DNA of 64,000 nucleotides from Diplonema japonicum. Its lineage: Eukaryota; Protista; Euglenozoa: Diplonemea. Positions 61,111 through 64,000 of this stretch are shown piece by piece. Each line of letters starts with the position of its first letter. Position 1 is the stretch's first letter. Location: positions 1 to 64,000 of the forward strand of contig OZ025649.1 of NCBI GenBank assembly GCA_964019335.1, written 5' to 3'. A model generated the notes under the pieces. That model did not search any database and was not told where the DNA came from. It saw nothing but the letters and a program-made list of their open reading frames with translations. The translations under genes were made by a program, and so were the position numbers.

Positions 61111-62354
61111 ATACCCCCCAGAAACCCCTCCCGGGGTCAAAAAAGAAGTCCCCCAGCCCTGGGGCACATATGAACCGTGTCAAGAAGGCCTTAAATAGCT
61201 TTTTATAGAATTTTACAGTCGATTTTTTTTGACTTGTTTTTTGTATCCCCTCTCAGGCACTTCAGGAACGATATTTTTGACAATGTTGTTAGGTTACATC
61301 CCATGTTTGTGAAGCAATTAATGTAAATGCTAAGTTAGCTTGGATCTGCAGTGTAGGGTATTCCATGCTTTGGGATTGGCTTGGAAATACACACTTTCAC
61401 CCATTTGAATTTATTCTTAGCTTTTTTTTGTAATTTATTTAATTTTTTAAACCTTATAAAAAAAAGTTAAATCAAATTTCTTTTGGTCCTGGTGTTGCCA
61501 AAATGGGTTGAAAATTAAAGTACCCAGCTGTGGTTACTTAATCAAAAAAGAATTTAATAGCCCTTTTTTTTTTTTTTTTAAATAAACCTTGTTTTTTTTG
61601 GCTGGCCAAGCCCTCTCCTTTCTTTTTCTCCCTCCCTGGCCTTGGGTAGGGGTAGGGGTGGGTGGGGCCTGAGTGGGTGAAAGTGAAGGAGTGAAAAAAG
61701 GGTACACAAGTCTATCCTGGCTTGCTTTTCTTTAATGGATGCTTTGCTCACTTTTGGGTAGGGGGGTGAGCAACTCATACTGCACATTTGCAGGGTCTTT
61801 ATCTACATTTTTTTTTTATTTATTTAACCATCTACCAACGGACCATGCCCACCAGGGGGGTAAATTTTCAAAACTTCAAAAAAAGCTATTCCAGTGCAAT
61901 GCTGGGGCTATATGCCCCTGGAAATGCCTCCAGATGTCCCAATTCTAGAGAGAGGGTGCCCACAGCAGGGTCCACCCCCAAAACCGATGGCTAAACATTC
62001 TACAAAACACAGTCAAGCATCTGAGGCAAAAGAGGTTCTAGATGACTGCCTCCTGTCCAAGAGCAATGAAAGGTACCAAAAAGAAGTGCTTCTGCACCTA
62101 CAACAGGGCTAACCCACTGGGGGTGAGCTGGCTGAGGGTGTCAGCCAGTGTTGGCTAAATTCCCACAGGACAAGATGGAACAACATGAAACACAGAACAA
62201 TGATCTCCCCAGAAAAACTCCTGGATGGAAAAATGCCTGGGTTTTTTTGGTGTCCAGGAGTTTTTCCATCTGGGAATTTTCCCATCTGACATTATTCGTT
62301 TTACAGTATTTCTTTCTTACTCTTCTGCATATTCAGCATGTACTAAAAGGTAGA

Positions 62355-64000
62355 ATGAGCACAGAACATTCAAAAATTGTGATGGCAGGGTCACGAGTAG
62401 TGCTAGACAATGGTGTAGAGTGTGAAGGTGAGGTACTGTGCCATGCAAGACCGAGGATTACAGAACGAGTAGGGTGTACAGGGTATGAGGTGGGGGAAGA
62501 GGTTGTGATAAGTAGAGATATTATCTTCATGTCAGGGGCTGTTGTCTATGCTGGTGATATTGCTTGGGTACTCCCGATGACCTTTGACTGTGGTGATCCT
62601 GATGTGTGGAGTACTGACGATCCTGAGAAACGTAGTGGCCTCATCAAAGTTCAAACTCACACAAAAGAAAGAACCACTGTTGTCTTGAAATTTAGTAATG
62701 GTGACACCTTCACAGCATTGCCCTCCACACTGCGCACTAACAGCACCTATGTTAAACTCTCTACTGGAAACACTTTTCTTGCAGTGCCCAATGATATCAA
62801 GAAGAAGGATTGTGTTCTTGTCACTGACGTCTTCAGCAAGACCACCCACCTTATCAAGGAGAACGTTCCTGTGCATAGTATTAAAGTTGTGAATACAAAA
62901 CGCACCCTTCAACTAAAGAAAGGCCTCGTCAAAAAGGCTTCGATCTCCGTTCGTGATGTGCTAATCAACAGCTGCAAAGTACACCAGAGCTCCCCTATCG
63001 TTGGGGAATACACCCCTTCCGTCCCTGTCAAATGGTGGTCGTATGCTGAAGCCTACCGTGTCTTCATCAACTTCGGCAAAATGCTACCCCCCAGGAACAC
63101 AGCTGTCATTATATCTGGCAGTGCAACCGTTAACCACTATTTCGCATATGTGGCCTCTCTCTTCAACGAAAACGTGCTGGTTCCTATCCCTGTCACCTTT
63201 AGTGCAGAACATGTAAAACTAGTTATCAGTGAGACTGAGGCTTCTATGGCCATTGTTGACTCCGGCCTGCTATCATTCTATAAGCATGCTGATTTGAAAG
63301 TCGCTACTTTAGACAAGAGAGTTGAGGGCCACGCTTTCTGTGGTGAGTGGGTAGAAGGAAGCAAGGAGTTGATTATAGATCTGCCTGTGTATACTGACAC
63401 AGACATTAGTGTTCAAGAAGAAGCTCTTATGATGTTCGCAGTACATACATCTCCTGTTCACACGGCACTTGAGACACACTTGCTGGTCGGGAAATGTACT
63501 CACCCTGACTTCGGGAGTGACGTGGAGTGCGTGGCTAGGATCGCAGGCATGGTCCGCAGGCACACCATGGGCTGGCTCTCGGTGGGCAACAAGAAGCCCC
63601 ATGAAGTGGTCTTTGACATCCTTGATGGTTTGCTGTTGATCCACAACGAGGACATCAGACTGACGGCAAGTGAAACAAAAGCCAAAACCTTTGAAGGCAT
63701 ATTCACACACTTCGGCACAGAGGGTAACTTTGTACTGTCCAAACCAACCTTCAGCGTTGTCAAGAATATACACATCGAAAACCTCGAAACCAACTGTGAA
63801 GCTTGTGGCAAACCCAGGCTCCCGTATTGCTCGGGGAGGTTTGTCCCAGTGACGTGCATGGACTGCGCTTCGAGGATACCACGTAACAGTCAATCTATGG
63901 GGTGCCTAAGTTGCGGGCTAGCTGTCTGCCAGGGGTGCCTGCTTGATAAGGTAGACAAGTCGAATGAAGTCAACCCCGAGGCTGGGTTACCACGTCTCGT
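62355..64000 (+). CDS. 5' part (>548 aa, runs off window) of a protein with an acyl-CoA-synthetase-like (AMP-binding) N-terminal segment and a four-CxxC zinc finger; not in the ORF track
   Basis: Stop-free frame from ATG 62355 to the window end, preceded by a pyrimidine tract and AG at 62336. Motifs: KWWSYAEAYR..NFG..AVIISG..VLVPIPVTFSAEHVKLVISETEASMAIVD and CEAC..CMDC..CLSC..CQGC. Confidence 0.75.
   Translation, partial: MSTEHSKIVMAGSRVVLDNGVECEGEVLCHARPRITERVGCTGYEVGEEVVISRDIIFMSGAVVYAGDIAWVLPMTFDCGDPDVWSTDDPEKRSGLIKVQTHTKERTTVVLKFSNGDTFTALPSTLRTNSTYVKLSTGNTFLAVPNDIKKKDCVLVTDVFSKTTHLIKENVPVHSIKVVNTKRTLQLKKGLVKKASISVRDVLINSCKVHQSSPIVGEYTPSVPVKWWSYAEAYRVFINFGKMLPPRNTAVIISGSATVNHYFAYVASLFNENVLVPIPVTFSAEHVKLVISETEASMAIVDSGLLSFYKHADLKVATLDKRVEGHAFCGEWVEGSKELIIDLPVYTDTDISVQEEALMMFAVHTSPVHTALETHLLVGKCTHPDFGSDVECVARIAGMVRRHTMGWLSVGNKKPHEVVFDILDGLLLIHNEDIRLTASETKAKTFEGIFTHFGTEGNFVLSKPTFSVVKNIHIENLETNCEACGKPRLPYCSGRFVPVTCMDCASRIPRNSQSMGCLSCGLAVCQGCLLDKVDKSNEVNPEAGLPRL

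Overview
Eukaryotic DNA, not prokaryotic. It is euglenozoan and most likely diplonemid, based on a near-complete spliced-leader (SL) sequence at 58530-58567, a kinetoplastid-type nuclear ATP9, a TbPH1-like pseudo-kinesin, and tiny GTRTG..CAG introns with AC-rich 3' ends. Layout: (1) 1-2886, a (TTTGCGGGG)n array that looks telomere-like but has inverted strand polarity if this is a contig end. (2) 3580-48469, five minus-strand genes all transcribed toward the array: a ~11,240-aa secreted mosaic protein headed by a degenerate GP63/leishmanolysin (M8) domain, a pseudo-kinesin with PH and SWIRM/homeodomain-like domains, a C2-like/Gly-zipper protein, a matrin-type Zn-finger protein, and ATP9, whose second intron is packed with abutting MITEs. 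(3) ~48.5-62.3 kb, a repeat/TE-rich divergent strand-switch region containing a decayed fibre-like gene, an NTPase-nuclease pseudogene, a ~1.3-kb tandem triplication with an inverted copy, an SL relic and a deleted piggyBac. (4) A plus-strand gene from 62355 that runs off the window and is missing from the ORF track. All gene models and domain calls were made by eye; no database searches were run.
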